DNA of 63,567 nt, filler included, from Stramenopiles sp. TOSAG23-6 (lineage: Eukaryota), in the NCBI GenBank assembly GCA_900128565.1. It is 15 parts of 15 records of this genome, joined end to end, with 100 filler letters (N's around TTAATTAATTAA, not from the genome) between each part and the next. Parts side by side here need not be neighbours in the genome. Positions count along the whole stretch, not along the records: positions 1 to 4,163 come from LT637247.1; positions 4,264 to 8,426 come from LT637248.1; positions 8,527 to 12,689 come from LT637249.1; 12 more parts are not named here. One strand, given 5' to 3'. Under the pieces are notes generated by a model that saw only the letters and a list, made by a program, of their open reading frames with translations, searched no databases and was not told the origin of the DNA. Positions 1 to 11,700 of this stretch are shown one piece after another. The position numbers and the translations under genes were made by a program. Numbering within the stretch: the stretch's first letter is position 1; each line of letters begins with the position of its first letter.

Positions 1-205
1 TTTTCATTGTGAATTTCAAATTTATTTATTTTTTTTTTTTTTTTTTTTAGTTTGAAATTTTGTAATTAACAATTTTCGATTTTAATTTTTTTTTTAGTTC
101 GAAATTTTTTTCCTTAAAAAAAAAAAATTTTTTTTTTTTTTTTTTGGAAAAAAAAATTTCATAACAAACGAATTTCAAATTGTAAGAATATTTTTCATAA
201 GACAT

Positions 206-3200
206 GCTTCACTTTGGGAAAATGATCCAAATTCATTTGTTAGTAAAGCAGAATATTCTGGGGTTGGAGAATATGTTTGTTTTTTTCATTTCAATTTCAA
301 ATTTATTTTTTTTTGTACTACTAAAAATTTTTACTCAAACTTTTTTTTTTTTTTCGGTAAAAAAAAAAAAAAAAATATTTTTAACAATATGTACACTCAG
401 ATCGGTAGGTCCAGATTTTATTCGTTCTGTTCTTAATACAAAATCTCATTTAGGGTGTAGACGAAGAGCATCATCCTGGGGATCTGCTGCTGCTGTACTT
501 GCTATGAAATCTAATATGAAAAAGGTAAGCAGTATTGAAAGTGAAAATGCTAAAATTGAAAGTAGAAAGATTTTTTTATTGGTTTTAGACACGATTGTAT
601 GTTTTATTTTTTTTTTTTAACAAAGAAATCGAATTTTTTTTTATAGTAAATTTTGTACCTAACAAATTTTTTTTAGATTTTTTTCAAATATTTTTCCAAA
701 ATACTTTTTCGTACGAAATTTTGTACCTAACAAATTTAAGTTTTTTTTTTCAAATATTTTTCACAATACATGTACTTTATATCGTGTTCTTTACTATAGA
801 AAATCTCTATGGGCTTATGTAGAAAAAAATGCTATACATAAAATGAGTATAATAGATAAACAACTCAGACCTCTTTCTACTGCATTGGCGCATGTACGTT
901 TTATTTTTTTTTTTGAATTTCTAATTGTTTTTCATACGAAATTTTGTACCTAACGAATTAAAAAAATATATTTTTTCACAATATATGGAACTTTATCAAG
1001 AGTCGGTAGACCTTTTGGTTGTGCTATGTTGCGATTACTTCCAAAAAAGAATTGGAAAGGTTTGCGCCCAATAATGAACCTTTCATCGTGGAACAATACT
1101 GCTTGGCCGAAAGCAATGCGACCCATTTCAAAAAAAAATAAGAAATTACCTTTCTTTTCTTATCGACCACTACCCATCAATAAAGTTTTATTAAAAGTTT
1201 TTGATGTTTTAAAATATGAAAAGAGTAAAAAACCAAAATTGCTCGGTGCTACTGTATTTAGTATTGCTGATATGTACAACCGGTTAAAATCATTTGTAGA
1301 ACTATGGCGAGGATTTCGTGTAGCAGATGAAAAACCTTTTGGTGATGGACAAAATGGAAAGAATAAACCTTTATACTTTGTTGTTGGTGATGTAGCGAAA
1401 TGTTATGATACAATTGTACGTATTTGTCATTTCAATTTCGAACATTTTTTTTTACTATGAAAATTTCGTACCTAACATTTTTTTTTTAAAATATTTTTTT
1501 ACAATACTAAATCAAAAGATTTTATGGAAACTTTTAACAAAAAAGGTTTTGAAAAGTGAAGAATATGTCATTCATAAATATTCAGTCTTGTTCGTTTTCA
1601 AAATTGAATGTTTTACCTAAATTGTTTTTTTCATACGAAATATTGTACCTAACGATTTTTTTTATTTTTTTTTACCGAAAAAAAAAAAATATTTTTTCAC
1701 AATATTTGCGATCTTCAGAATCTAAGAATAAAAATAAAATTGCAAAGTGTAGCAATAAAGATGAAATCGTGACTGATTTCAGACGTTTAGCTCTACCTAG
1801 ATTATCAAGTACACTTCAATTAGCTACTGAAGTCTTTCAAAATCATCCTCTTAAAAGACACAAAATTAACCCTAACCCTATCCCAACTGGAAAAAGACAC
1901 AAAATTAACCCTAACCCTAGGGTTAACCCTACTCGAAAAGATCATACAATATCAACTTTATTAGCAAAATCTACTGAAAAACAAAATGAAAAAATACACA
2001 AAACTGAAAAATGTTTTGATATAAAGCAAAGTAAACAAAAAGGGAAAATATTTGTCGATGGTATTGTATGTTTTCATCATGAATTCCAAATTTATTTTTT
2101 TGTACCAAACTTTGTACCTAACAAATTTCGAATGTAAAATATTTTTCACAATACTTGTACTTTGCATTTGAATTTCATTTTTTNTTTTTTTTTTTTTCAC
2201 CAAAACATATTTCATACTTACAAAAAAACAATGTTTTACATATTTTTGCACAATATTTGTTCATGGATATGTGAAACGAAAAAATATCTTAAAATTAATT
2301 CGTGAACATTTGAGAAGAAATATGTATGTTTTTTTTTTTTTCAATTTTGATTTTTTTTCGTACGAAATTCCGTACCTAACAAATTTTACCAAAAAAAATA
2401 TTTTTACAAAAACATAGTACGATTAGGTACAAAATTCTATCAGCAAATGGTCGGTATTCCTCAAGGTTCTGTACTATCCGCTTTATTATGTGGATTATAT
2501 TATGGGCAAGTGGATGATGCGTTAGTCAATGCTGCAATGCAAAACATGAAAAAATACACGAAATCAAAACATAAATTTGATGAGGACGAAATTATTTCAA
2601 TTGTAAAAGAAACAATGATGAATAGATTAGGTAAAGAAAATGACAGTGACGATGAACTAATGGGTGGAATTTCTTTATCCAATGACAATAAAAATAATGA
2701 AAATAATGAAAATAATGAAAATAATGAAAATAATAGTTTTAATCATAAAAAAAAGAAATTTGGTACGGATTGTAATACAAAAAATAATAATAAAAAAAAA
2801 AGAAAGAGTGAATGTCTTGAACAACATTACACATACAATACTAATACTAATAATACGAATAATACGAATAATACTAATAATACGAATAATACGAATAATG
2901 TTTGTGTGACATCTACAACATCATCTTTTCAAAATTCGTTTAGCAAGAAATTTAGTACGAAATTTGGTACAGGTTCAACTTCAAATTTGCTACATATTGA
3001 TGATGATGATTTATTTGGTGGAATTCCTCAAATGAATTGGATAAAAGATGAAAAGAATAACAATAACGACACGAATTCTGTACTTTTACGTTTAATTGAT
3101 GATTTCTTATTTGTAACGCCTTCATTACAACTTGCAGTAGCTTTTGTTCATAAATTACATGCTGGAGATAGAAAATTAGGATTTCATGTACGTTTTCAGA

Positions 3201-4163
3201 ATTCATTTCAATTTTTTTTTTTTTTTTTTTTTTNGTACAAAATTGTATACTTAACAAAACAAATGAAAATTTGTCATATTATCCTAAAAGTAAAGGTCAA
3301 TTCGAGTAAAACATGCGTAAATTTTGATGTATGTGTAAAAATCACTGACCCTAAAGATAAAACAAAAACAATAAAAAAAAAGATAAAAAATATAGAAAAT
3401 AACACACTTAGTTGGTGTGGTTTAGAAATTAACACAAAAACATTTGAAATAATTACTGATTTTTCAAGGTATCGCATGTTTTCATTGTGAATTTCAAATT
3501 TATTTATTTTTTTTTTTTTTTTTTTAGTATGAAATTTTGTACCTAACAAATTTCGAATTTAATTTTTTTTTTACAATACATGCGATCAATCGCTTCGTTC
3601 TGCGATTCAATATAATTCAGGACTCGGACACAAACCTGGCCAGACGATTATTGATCATCTAAAAAATTTCATTAAACATAAATGTATGTTTTATCTTTTT
3701 TCAATTTCGATTTTTTTTTTTGGAAAGTTTTGTACCTAACAAAGTTTAATTTTCTTTTTTTTGAAATATTTTTCCAAAATACATGTCAAAAATTATTTTT
3801 TGATAGGTGTATCAATAAAATATCAACAATGTTACAACATATATGCAATGTGTTGATTATTGCAGCAATGAGATTTCATCTATTGTATCGAATTTTACAA
3901 CGAAAAAAAATCAAAAGAACAAAACGAAAAAAACGGAAAAAAAAAGGAAATATGAAAAAGGATACTTTTACTAAAAATGAAAAGAAGAATGAAAATTCAA
4001 ATTTCCTTTTTAGCATATTATTGGAAATTAGCAAATACACGCAAATTTTAATCCGAAAACGATTTTCCCCAGCATCATCTTTACAATACCAAAAATCAAA
4101 TCGAAATGAAAATAATGAAACAAATCGAAATGAAAACAATAAAACAAATTCGTTTCCATCGCA
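206..4163 (+). CDS. TERT: Telomerase reverse transcriptase, partial, multi-exon (copy 1). Inferred exons 206-274, 393-596, 772-893, 987-1415, 1510-1589, 1708-2065, 2259-2323, 2416-3187, 3296-3473, 3582-3683, 3785->4163
   Basis: Motifs in order: second half of T (RVLYYRKSLW), 1/2 (LRLLPKK..GLRPIMNL), A (FVVGDVAKCYDTI), B' (YQQMVGIPQGSVLS), C (LLRLIDDFL), D (GFHVNSSKT), E (SWCG), CTE (KCQKLFFD). Exon phases are consistent from 772 onward. Confidence 0.95.
894..986 (+). mobile_element. Introner-like non-canonical intron (GT...AT) in TERT
   Basis: GCGCAT|GTACGTTTT...TTTTGTACCTAAC...TTCACAATATAT|GGAACT; removal joins ALAH to GTLSR in frame with motif 1. Confidence 0.85.
1416..1509 (+). mobile_element. 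Introner-like non-canonical intron (GT...TA) in TERT motif A
   Basis: Removal gives CYDTI|NQKILWKLL, matching the TERT YD.I.Q..L spacing. Confidence 0.75.
1590..1707 (+). mobile_element. Introner-like non-canonical intron (GT...TT) in TERT
   Basis: GTCTT|GTTCGTTTT...GTACCTAAC...CACAATATTT|GCGA; TT on both sides; frame restored. Confidence 0.8.
2066..2258 (+). mobile_element. Two back-to-back introner-like elements (2066-2156 and 2157-2258) with no exon between them
   Basis: ATT|GTATGT...CAATACTT|GTACTT...CAATATTT|GTTCAT; removing both gives IFVDGI|VHGYVKRKNILKLIREHL. Confidence 0.8.
2324..2415 (+). mobile_element. Introner-like non-canonical intron (GT...AT) before TERT motif B'
   Basis: Removal gives EHLRRNIVRLGTKFYQQMVGIPQG; the three AGs between the element and MVGIPQG are all out of frame. 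Confidence 0.9.
3188..3295 (+). other. Family-derived intron with a canonical GT-AG boundary in TERT motif D
   Basis: GGATTTCAT|GTACGT...GTAAAG|GTCAAT gives GDRKLGFHVNSSKTCVNF, colinear with TERT motif D. Confidence 0.75.
3474..3581 (+). mobile_element. Introner-like intron, GC...AT
   Basis: AGGTATC|GCATGTTTTC...TTACAATACAT|GCGAT gives DFSRYRDQSL. Confidence 0.8.
3684..3784 (+). mobile_element. Introner-like intron, GT...AT, in the TERT C-terminal extension
   Basis: AAAT|GTATGT...CCAAAATACAT|GTCAA gives HKCQKLFFD. Confidence 0.85.
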
Positions 4164-4263
4164 NNNNNNNNNNNNNNNNNNNNNNNNNNNNNNNNNNNNN
4201 NNNNNNNTTAATTAATTAANNNNNNNNNNNNNNNNNNNNNNNNNNNNNNNNNNNNNNNNNNNN
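4164..4263. other. Artificial contig linker N-TTAATTAATTAA-N. Others at about 8427, 12690, 16951, 21211, 25468, 29714, 33957, 38199, 42436, 46672, 50905, 55130 and 59352
   Basis: 100-nt N spacer with a six-frame stop cassette, recurring every ~4.2 kb; contig lengths decrease steadily. Confidence 0.98.
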
Positions 4264-4468
4264 TTTTCATTGTGAATTTCAAATTTATTTATTTTTTTTT
4301 TTTTTTTTTTTAGTTTGAAATTTTGTAATTAACAATTTTCGATTTTAATTTTTTTTTTAGTTCGAAATTTTTTTCCTTAAAAAAAAAAAATTTTTTTTTT
4401 TTTTTTTTGGAAAAAAAAATTTCATAACAAACGAATTTCAAATTGTAAGAATATTTTTCATAAGACAT

Positions 4469-7400
4469 GCTTCACTTTGGGAAAATGATCCAAATTCATT
4501 TGTTAGTAAAGCAGAATATTCTGGGGTTGGAGAATATGTTTGTTTTTTTCATTTCAATTTCAAATTTATTTTTTTTTGTACTACTAAAAATTTTTACTCA
4601 AACTTTTTTTTTTTTTTCGGTAAAAAAAAAAAAAAAAATATTTTTAACAATATGTACACTCAGATCGGTAGGTCCAGATTTTATTCGTTCTGTTCTTAAT
4701 ACAAAATCTCATTTAGGGTGTAGACGAAGAGCATCATCCTGGGGATCTGCTGCTGCTGTACTTGCTATGAAATCTAATATGAAAAAGGTAAGCAGTATTG
4801 AAAGTGAAAATGCTAAAATTGAAAGTAGAAAGATTTTTTTATTGGTTTTAGACACGATTGTATGTTTTATTTTTTTTTTTTAACAAAGAAATCGAATTTT
4901 TTTTTATAGTAAATTTTGTACCTAACAAATTTTTTTTAGATTTTTTTCAAATATTTTTCCAAAATACTTTTTCGTACGAAATTTTGTACCTAACAAATTT
5001 AAGTTTTTTTTTTCAAATATTTTTCACAATACATGTACTTTATATCGTGTTCTTTACTATAGAAAATCTCTATGGGCTTATGTAGAAAAAAATGCTATAC
5101 ATAAAATGAGTATAATAGATAAACAACTCAGACCTCTTTCTACTGCATTGGCGCATGTACGTTTTATTTTTTTTTTTGAATTTCTAATTGTTTTTCATAC
5201 GAAATTTTGTACCTAACGAATTAAAAAAATATATTTTTTCACAATATATGGAACTTTATCAAGAGTCGGTAGACCTTTTGGTTGTGCTATGTTGCGATTA
5301 CTTCCAAAAAAGAATTGGAAAGGTTTGCGCCCAATAATGAACCTTTCATCGTGGAACAATACTGCTTGGCCGAAAGCAATGCGACCCATTTCAAAAAAAA
5401 ATAAGAAATTACCTTTCTTTTCTTATCGACCACTACCCATCAATAAAGTTTTATTAAAAGTTTTTGATGTTTTAAAATATGAAAAGAGTAAAAAACCAAA
5501 ATTGCTCGGTGCTACTGTATTTAGTATTGCTGATATGTACAACCGGTTAAAATCATTTGTAGAACTATGGCGAGGATTTCGTGTAGCAGATGAAAAACCT
5601 TTTGGTGATGGACAAAATGGAAAGAATAAACCTTTATACTTTGTTGTTGGTGATGTAGCGAAATGTTATGATACAATTGTACGTATTTGTCATTTCAATT
5701 TCGAACATTTTTTTTTACTATGAAAATTTCGTACCTAACATTTTTTTTTTAAAATATTTTTTTACAATACTAAATCAAAAGATTTTATGGAAACTTTTAA
5801 CAAAAAAGGTTTTGAAAAGTGAAGAATATGTCATTCATAAATATTCAGTCTTGTTCGTTTTCAAAATTGAATGTTTTACCTAAATTGTTTTTTTCATACG
5901 AAATATTGTACCTAACGATTTTTTTTATTTTTTTTTACCGAAAAAAAAAAAATATTTTTTCACAATATTTGCGATCTTCAGAATCTAAGAATAAAAATAA
6001 AATTGCAAAGTGTAGCAATAAAGATGAAATCGTGACTGATTTCAGACGTTTAGCTCTACCTAGATTATCAAGTACACTTCAATTAGCTACTGAAGTCTTT
6101 CAAAATCATCCTCTTAAAAGACACAAAATTAACCCTAACCCTATCCCAACTGGAAAAAGACACAAAATTAACCCTAACCCTAGGGTTAACCCTACTCGAA
6201 AAGATCATACAATATCAACTTTATTAGCAAAATCTACTGAAAAACAAAATGAAAAAATACACAAAACTGAAAAATGTTTTGATATAAAGCAAAGTAAACA
6301 AAAAGGGAAAATATTTGTCGATGGTATTGTATGTTTTCATCATGAATTCCAAATTTATTTTTTTGTACCAAACTTTGTACCTAACAAATTTCGAATGTAA
6401 AATATTTTTCACAATACTTGTACTTTGCATTTGAATTTCATTTTTTCTTTTTTTTTTTTTCACCAAAACATATTTCATACTTACAAAAAAACAATGTTTT
6501 ACATATTTTTGCACAATATTTGTTCATGGATATGTGAAACGAAAAAATATCTTAAAATTAATTCGTGAACATTTGAGAAGAAATATGTATGTTTTTTTTT
6601 TTTTCAATTTTGATTTTTTTTCGTACGAAATTCCGTACCTAACAAATTTTACCAAAAAAAATATTTTTACAAAAACATAGTACGATTAGGTACAAAATTC
6701 TATCAGCAAATGGTCGGTATTCCTCAAGGTTCTGTACTATCCGCTTTATTATGTGGATTATATTATGGGCAAGTGGATGATGCGTTAGTCAATGCTGCAA
6801 TGCAAAACATGAAAAAATACACGAAATCAAAACATAAATTTGATGAGGACGAAATTATTTCAATTGTAAAAGAAACAATGATGAATAGATTAGGTAAAGA
6901 AAATGACAGTGACGATGAACTAATGGGTGGAATTTCTTTATCCAATGACAATAAAAATAATGAAAATAATGAAAATAATGAAAATAATGAAAATAATAGT
7001 TTTAATCATAAAAAAAAGAAATTTGGTACGGATTGTAATACAAAAAATAATAATAAAAAAAAAAGAAAGAGTGAATGTCTTGAACAACATTACACATACA
7101 ATACTAATACTAATAATACGAATAATACGAATAATACTAATAATACGAATAATACGAATAATGTTTGTGTGACATCTACAACATCATCTTTTCAAAATTC
7201 GTTTAGCAAGAAATTTAGTACGAAATTTGGTACAGGTTCAACTTCAAATTTGCTACATATTGATGATGATGATTTATTTGGTGGAATTCCTCAAATGAAT
7301 TGGATAAAAGATGAAAAGAATAACAATAACGACACGAATTCTGTACTTTTACGTTTAATTGATGATTTCTTATTTGTAACGCCTTCATTACAACTTGCAG

Positions 7401-8426
7401 TAGCTTTTGTTCATAAATTACATGCTGGAGATAGAAAATTAGGATTTCATGTACGTTTTCAGAATTCATTTCAATTTTTTTTTTTTTTTTTTTTTTNGTA
7501 CAAAATTGTATACTTAACAAAACAAATGAAAATTTGTCATATTATCCTAAAAGTAAAGGTCAATTCGAGTAAAACATGCGTAAATTTTGATGTATGTGTA
7601 AAAATCACTGACCCTAAAGATAAAACAAAAACAATAAAAAAAAAGATAAAAAATATAGAAAATAACACACTTAGTTGGTGTGGTTTAGAAATTAACACAA
7701 AAACATTTGAAATAATTACTGATTTTTCAAGGTATCGCATGTTTTCATTGTGAATTTCAAATTTATTTATTTTTTTTTTTTTTTTTTTAGTATGAAATTT
7801 TGTACCTAACAAATTTCGAATTTAATTTTTTTTTTACAATACATGCGATCAATCGCTTCGTTCTGCGATTCAATATAATTCAGGACTCGGACACAAACCT
7901 GGCCAGACGATTATTGATCATCTAAAAAATTTCATTAAACATAAATGTATGTTTTATCTTTTTTCAATTTCGATTTTTTTTTTTGGAAAGTTTTGTACCT
8001 AACAAAGTTTAATTTTCTTTTTTTTGAAATATTTTTCCAAAATACATGTCAAAAATTATTTTTTGATAGGTGTATCAATAAAATATCAACAATGTTACAA
8101 CATATATGCAATGTGTTGATTATTGCAGCAATGAGATTTCATCTATTGTATCGAATTTTACAACGAAAAAAAATCAAAAGAACAAAACGAAAAAAACGGA
8201 AAAAAAAAGGAAATATGAAAAAGGATACTTTTACTAAAAATGAAAAGAAGAATGAAAATTCAAATTTCCTTTTTAGCATATTATTGGAAATTAGCAAATA
8301 CACGCAAATTTTAATCCGAAAACGATTTTCCCCAGCATCATCTTTACAATACCAAAAATCAAATCGAAATGAAAATAATGAAACAAATCGAAATGAAAAC
8401 AATAAAACAAATTCGTTTCCATCGCA
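4469..8426 (+). CDS. TERT: TERT, copy 2 (duplicate contig, offset 4263)
   Basis: Same sequence and ORF set as copy 1; the only difference seen is an N in copy 1 resolved as C here. Confidence 0.9.
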
Positions 8427-8731
8427 NNNNNNNNNNNNNNNNNNNNNNNNNNNNNNNNNNNNNNNNNNNNTTAATTAATTAANNNNNNNNNNNNNNNNNN
8501 NNNNNNNNNNNNNNNNNNNNNNNNNNTTTTCATTGTGAATTTCAAATTTATTTATTTTTTTTTTTTTTTTTTTTAGTTTGAAATTTTGTAATTAACAATT
8601 TTCGATTTTAATTTTTTTTTTAGTTCGAAATTTTTTTCCTTAAAAAAAAAAAATTTTTTTTTTTTTTTTTTGGAAAAAAAAATTTCATAACAAACGAATT
8701 TCAAATTGTAAGAATATTTTTCATAAGACAT

Positions 8732-11700
8732 GCTTCACTTTGGGAAAATGATCCAAATTCATTTGTTAGTAAAGCAGAATATTCTGGGGTTGGAGAATAT
8801 GTTTGTTTTTTTCATTTCAATTTCAAATTTATTTTTTTTTGTACTACTAAAAATTTTTACTCAAACTTTTTTTTTTTTTTCGGTAAAAAAAAAAAAAAAA
8901 ATATTTTTAACAATATGTACACTCAGATCGGTAGGTCCAGATTTTATTCGTTCTGTTCTTAATACAAAATCTCATTTAGGGTGTAGACGAAGAGCATCAT
9001 CCTGGGGATCTGCTGCTGCTGTACTTGCTATGAAATCTAATATGAAAAAGGTAAGCAGTATTGAAAGTGAAAATGCTAAAATTGAAAGTAGAAAGATTTT
9101 TTTATTGGTTTTAGACACGATTGTATGTTTTATTTTTTTTTTTTAACAAAGAAATCGAATTTTTTTTTATAGTAAATTTTGTACCTAACAAATTTTTTTT
9201 AGATTTTTTTCAAATATTTTTCCAAAATACTTTTTCGTACGAAATTTTGTACCTAACAAATTTAAGTTTTTTTTTTCAAATATTTTTCACAATACATGTA
9301 CTTTATATCGTGTTCTTTACTATAGAAAATCTCTATGGGCTTATGTAGAAAAAAATGCTATACATAAAATGAGTATAATAGATAAACAACTCAGACCTCT
9401 TTCTACTGCATTGGCGCATGTACGTTTTATTTTTTTTTTTGAATTTCTAATTGTTTTTCATACGAAATTTTGTACCTAACGAATTAAAAAAATATATTTT
9501 TTCACAATATATGGAACTTTATCAAGAGTCGGTAGACCTTTTGGTTGTGCTATGTTGCGATTACTTCCAAAAAAGAATTGGAAAGGTTTGCGCCCAATAA
9601 TGAACCTTTCATCGTGGAACAATACTGCTTGGCCGAAAGCAATGCGACCCATTTCAAAAAAAAATAAGAAATTACCTTTCTTTTCTTATCGACCACTACC
9701 CATCAATAAAGTTTTATTAAAAGTTTTTGATGTTTTAAAATATGAAAAGAGTAAAAAACCAAAATTGCTCGGTGCTACTGTATTTAGTATTGCTGATATG
9801 TACAACCGGTTAAAATCATTTGTAGAACTATGGCGAGGATTTCGTGTAGCAGATGAAAAACCTTTTGGTGATGGACAAAATGGAAAGAATAAACCTTTAT
9901 ACTTTGTTGTTGGTGATGTAGCGAAATGTTATGATACAATTGTACGTATTTGTCATTTCAATTTCGAACATTTTTTTTTACTATGAAAATTTCGTACCTA
10001 ACATTTTTTTTTTAAAATATTTTTTTACAATACTAAATCAAAAGATTTTATGGAAACTTTTAACAAAAAAGGTTTTGAAAAGTGAAGAATATGTCATTCA
10101 TAAATATTCAGTCTTGTTCGTTTTCAAAATTGAATGTTTTACCTAAATTGTTTTTTTCATACGAAATATTGTACCTAACGATTTTTTTTATTTTTTTTTA
10201 CCGAAAAAAAAAAAATATTTTTTCACAATATTTGCGATCTTCAGAATCTAAGAATAAAAATAAAATTGCAAAGTGTAGCAATAAAGATGAAATCGTGACT
10301 GATTTCAGACGTTTAGCTCTACCTAGATTATCAAGTACACTTCAATTAGCTACTGAAGTCTTTCAAAATCATCCTCTTAAAAGACACAAAATTAACCCTA
10401 ACCCTATCCCAACTGGAAAAAGACACAAAATTAACCCTAACCCTAGGGTTAACCCTACTCGAAAAGATCATACAATATCAACTTTATTAGCAAAATCTAC
10501 TGAAAAACAAAATGAAAAAATACACAAAACTGAAAAATGTTTTGATATAAAGCAAAGTAAACAAAAAGGGAAAATATTTGTCGATGGTATTGTATGTTTT
10601 CATCATGAATTCCAAATTTATTTTTTTGTACCAAACTTTGTACCTAACAAATTTCGAATGTAAAATATTTTTCACAATACTTGTACTTTGCATTTGAATT
10701 TCATTTTTTCTTTTTTTTTTTTTCACCAAAACATATTTCATACTTACAAAAAAACAATGTTTTACATATTTTTGCACAATATTTGTTCATGGATATGTGA
10801 AACGAAAAAATATCTTAAAATTAATTCGTGAACATTTGAGAAGAAATATGTATGTTTTTTTTTTTTTCAATTTTGATTTTTTTTCGTACGAAATTCCGTA
10901 CCTAACAAATTTTACCAAAAAAAATATTTTTACAAAAACATAGTACGATTAGGTACAAAATTCTATCAGCAAATGGTCGGTATTCCTCAAGGTTCTGTAC
11001 TATCCGCTTTATTATGTGGATTATATTATGGGCAAGTGGATGATGCGTTAGTCAATGCTGCAATGCAAAACATGAAAAAATACACGAAATCAAAACATAA
11101 ATTTGATGAGGACGAAATTATTTCAATTGTAAAAGAAACAATGATGAATAGATTAGGTAAAGAAAATGACAGTGACGATGAACTAATGGGTGGAATTTCT
11201 TTATCCAATGACAATAAAAATAATGAAAATAATGAAAATAATGAAAATAATGAAAATAATAGTTTTAATCATAAAAAAAAGAAATTTGGTACGGATTGTA
11301 ATACAAAAAATAATAATAAAAAAAAAAGAAAGAGTGAATGTCTTGAACAACATTACACATACAATACTAATACTAATAATACGAATAATACGAATAATAC
11401 TAATAATACGAATAATACGAATAATGTTTGTGTGACATCTACAACATCATCTTTTCAAAATTCGTTTAGCAAGAAATTTAGTACGAAATTTGGTACAGGT
11501 TCAACTTCAAATTTGCTACATATTGATGATGATGATTTATTTGGTGGAATTCCTCAAATGAATTGGATAAAAGATGAAAAGAATAACAATAACGACACGA
11601 ATTCTGTACTTTTACGTTTAATTGATGATTTCTTATTTGTAACGCCTTCATTACAACTTGCAGTAGCTTTTGTTCATAAATTACATGCTGGAGATAGAAA

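Noticed and set aside
595-822. Phe/Lys-rich ORFs with recurring FVPNKF, YEILYLT or KYFSKIH peptides as a protein family
   Set aside because: They are translations of the intron element in different frames.
894-986. Ciliate-like DNA-excised internal eliminated sequences
   Set aside because: Consistent sense-strand orientation plus donor- and branch-like motifs favour RNA splicing; not formally excluded without reads.
2322-2415. U12-type AT-AC introns
   Set aside because: No ATATCCT donor or TCCTTAAC branch site; the AT..AC reading arises from the 2-bp direct repeat and gives a stop codon at the 3474 intron.
2447-3490. RT as a retron, group II intron, DGR or retrotransposon enzyme
   Set aside because: T-motif remnant, motif E WCG and the C-terminal extension identify TERT; no endonuclease, maturase or prokaryotic context.
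4208-4219. TTAATTAATTAA as a regularly spaced biological repeat
   Set aside because: It is a six-frame stop linker embedded in N runs.
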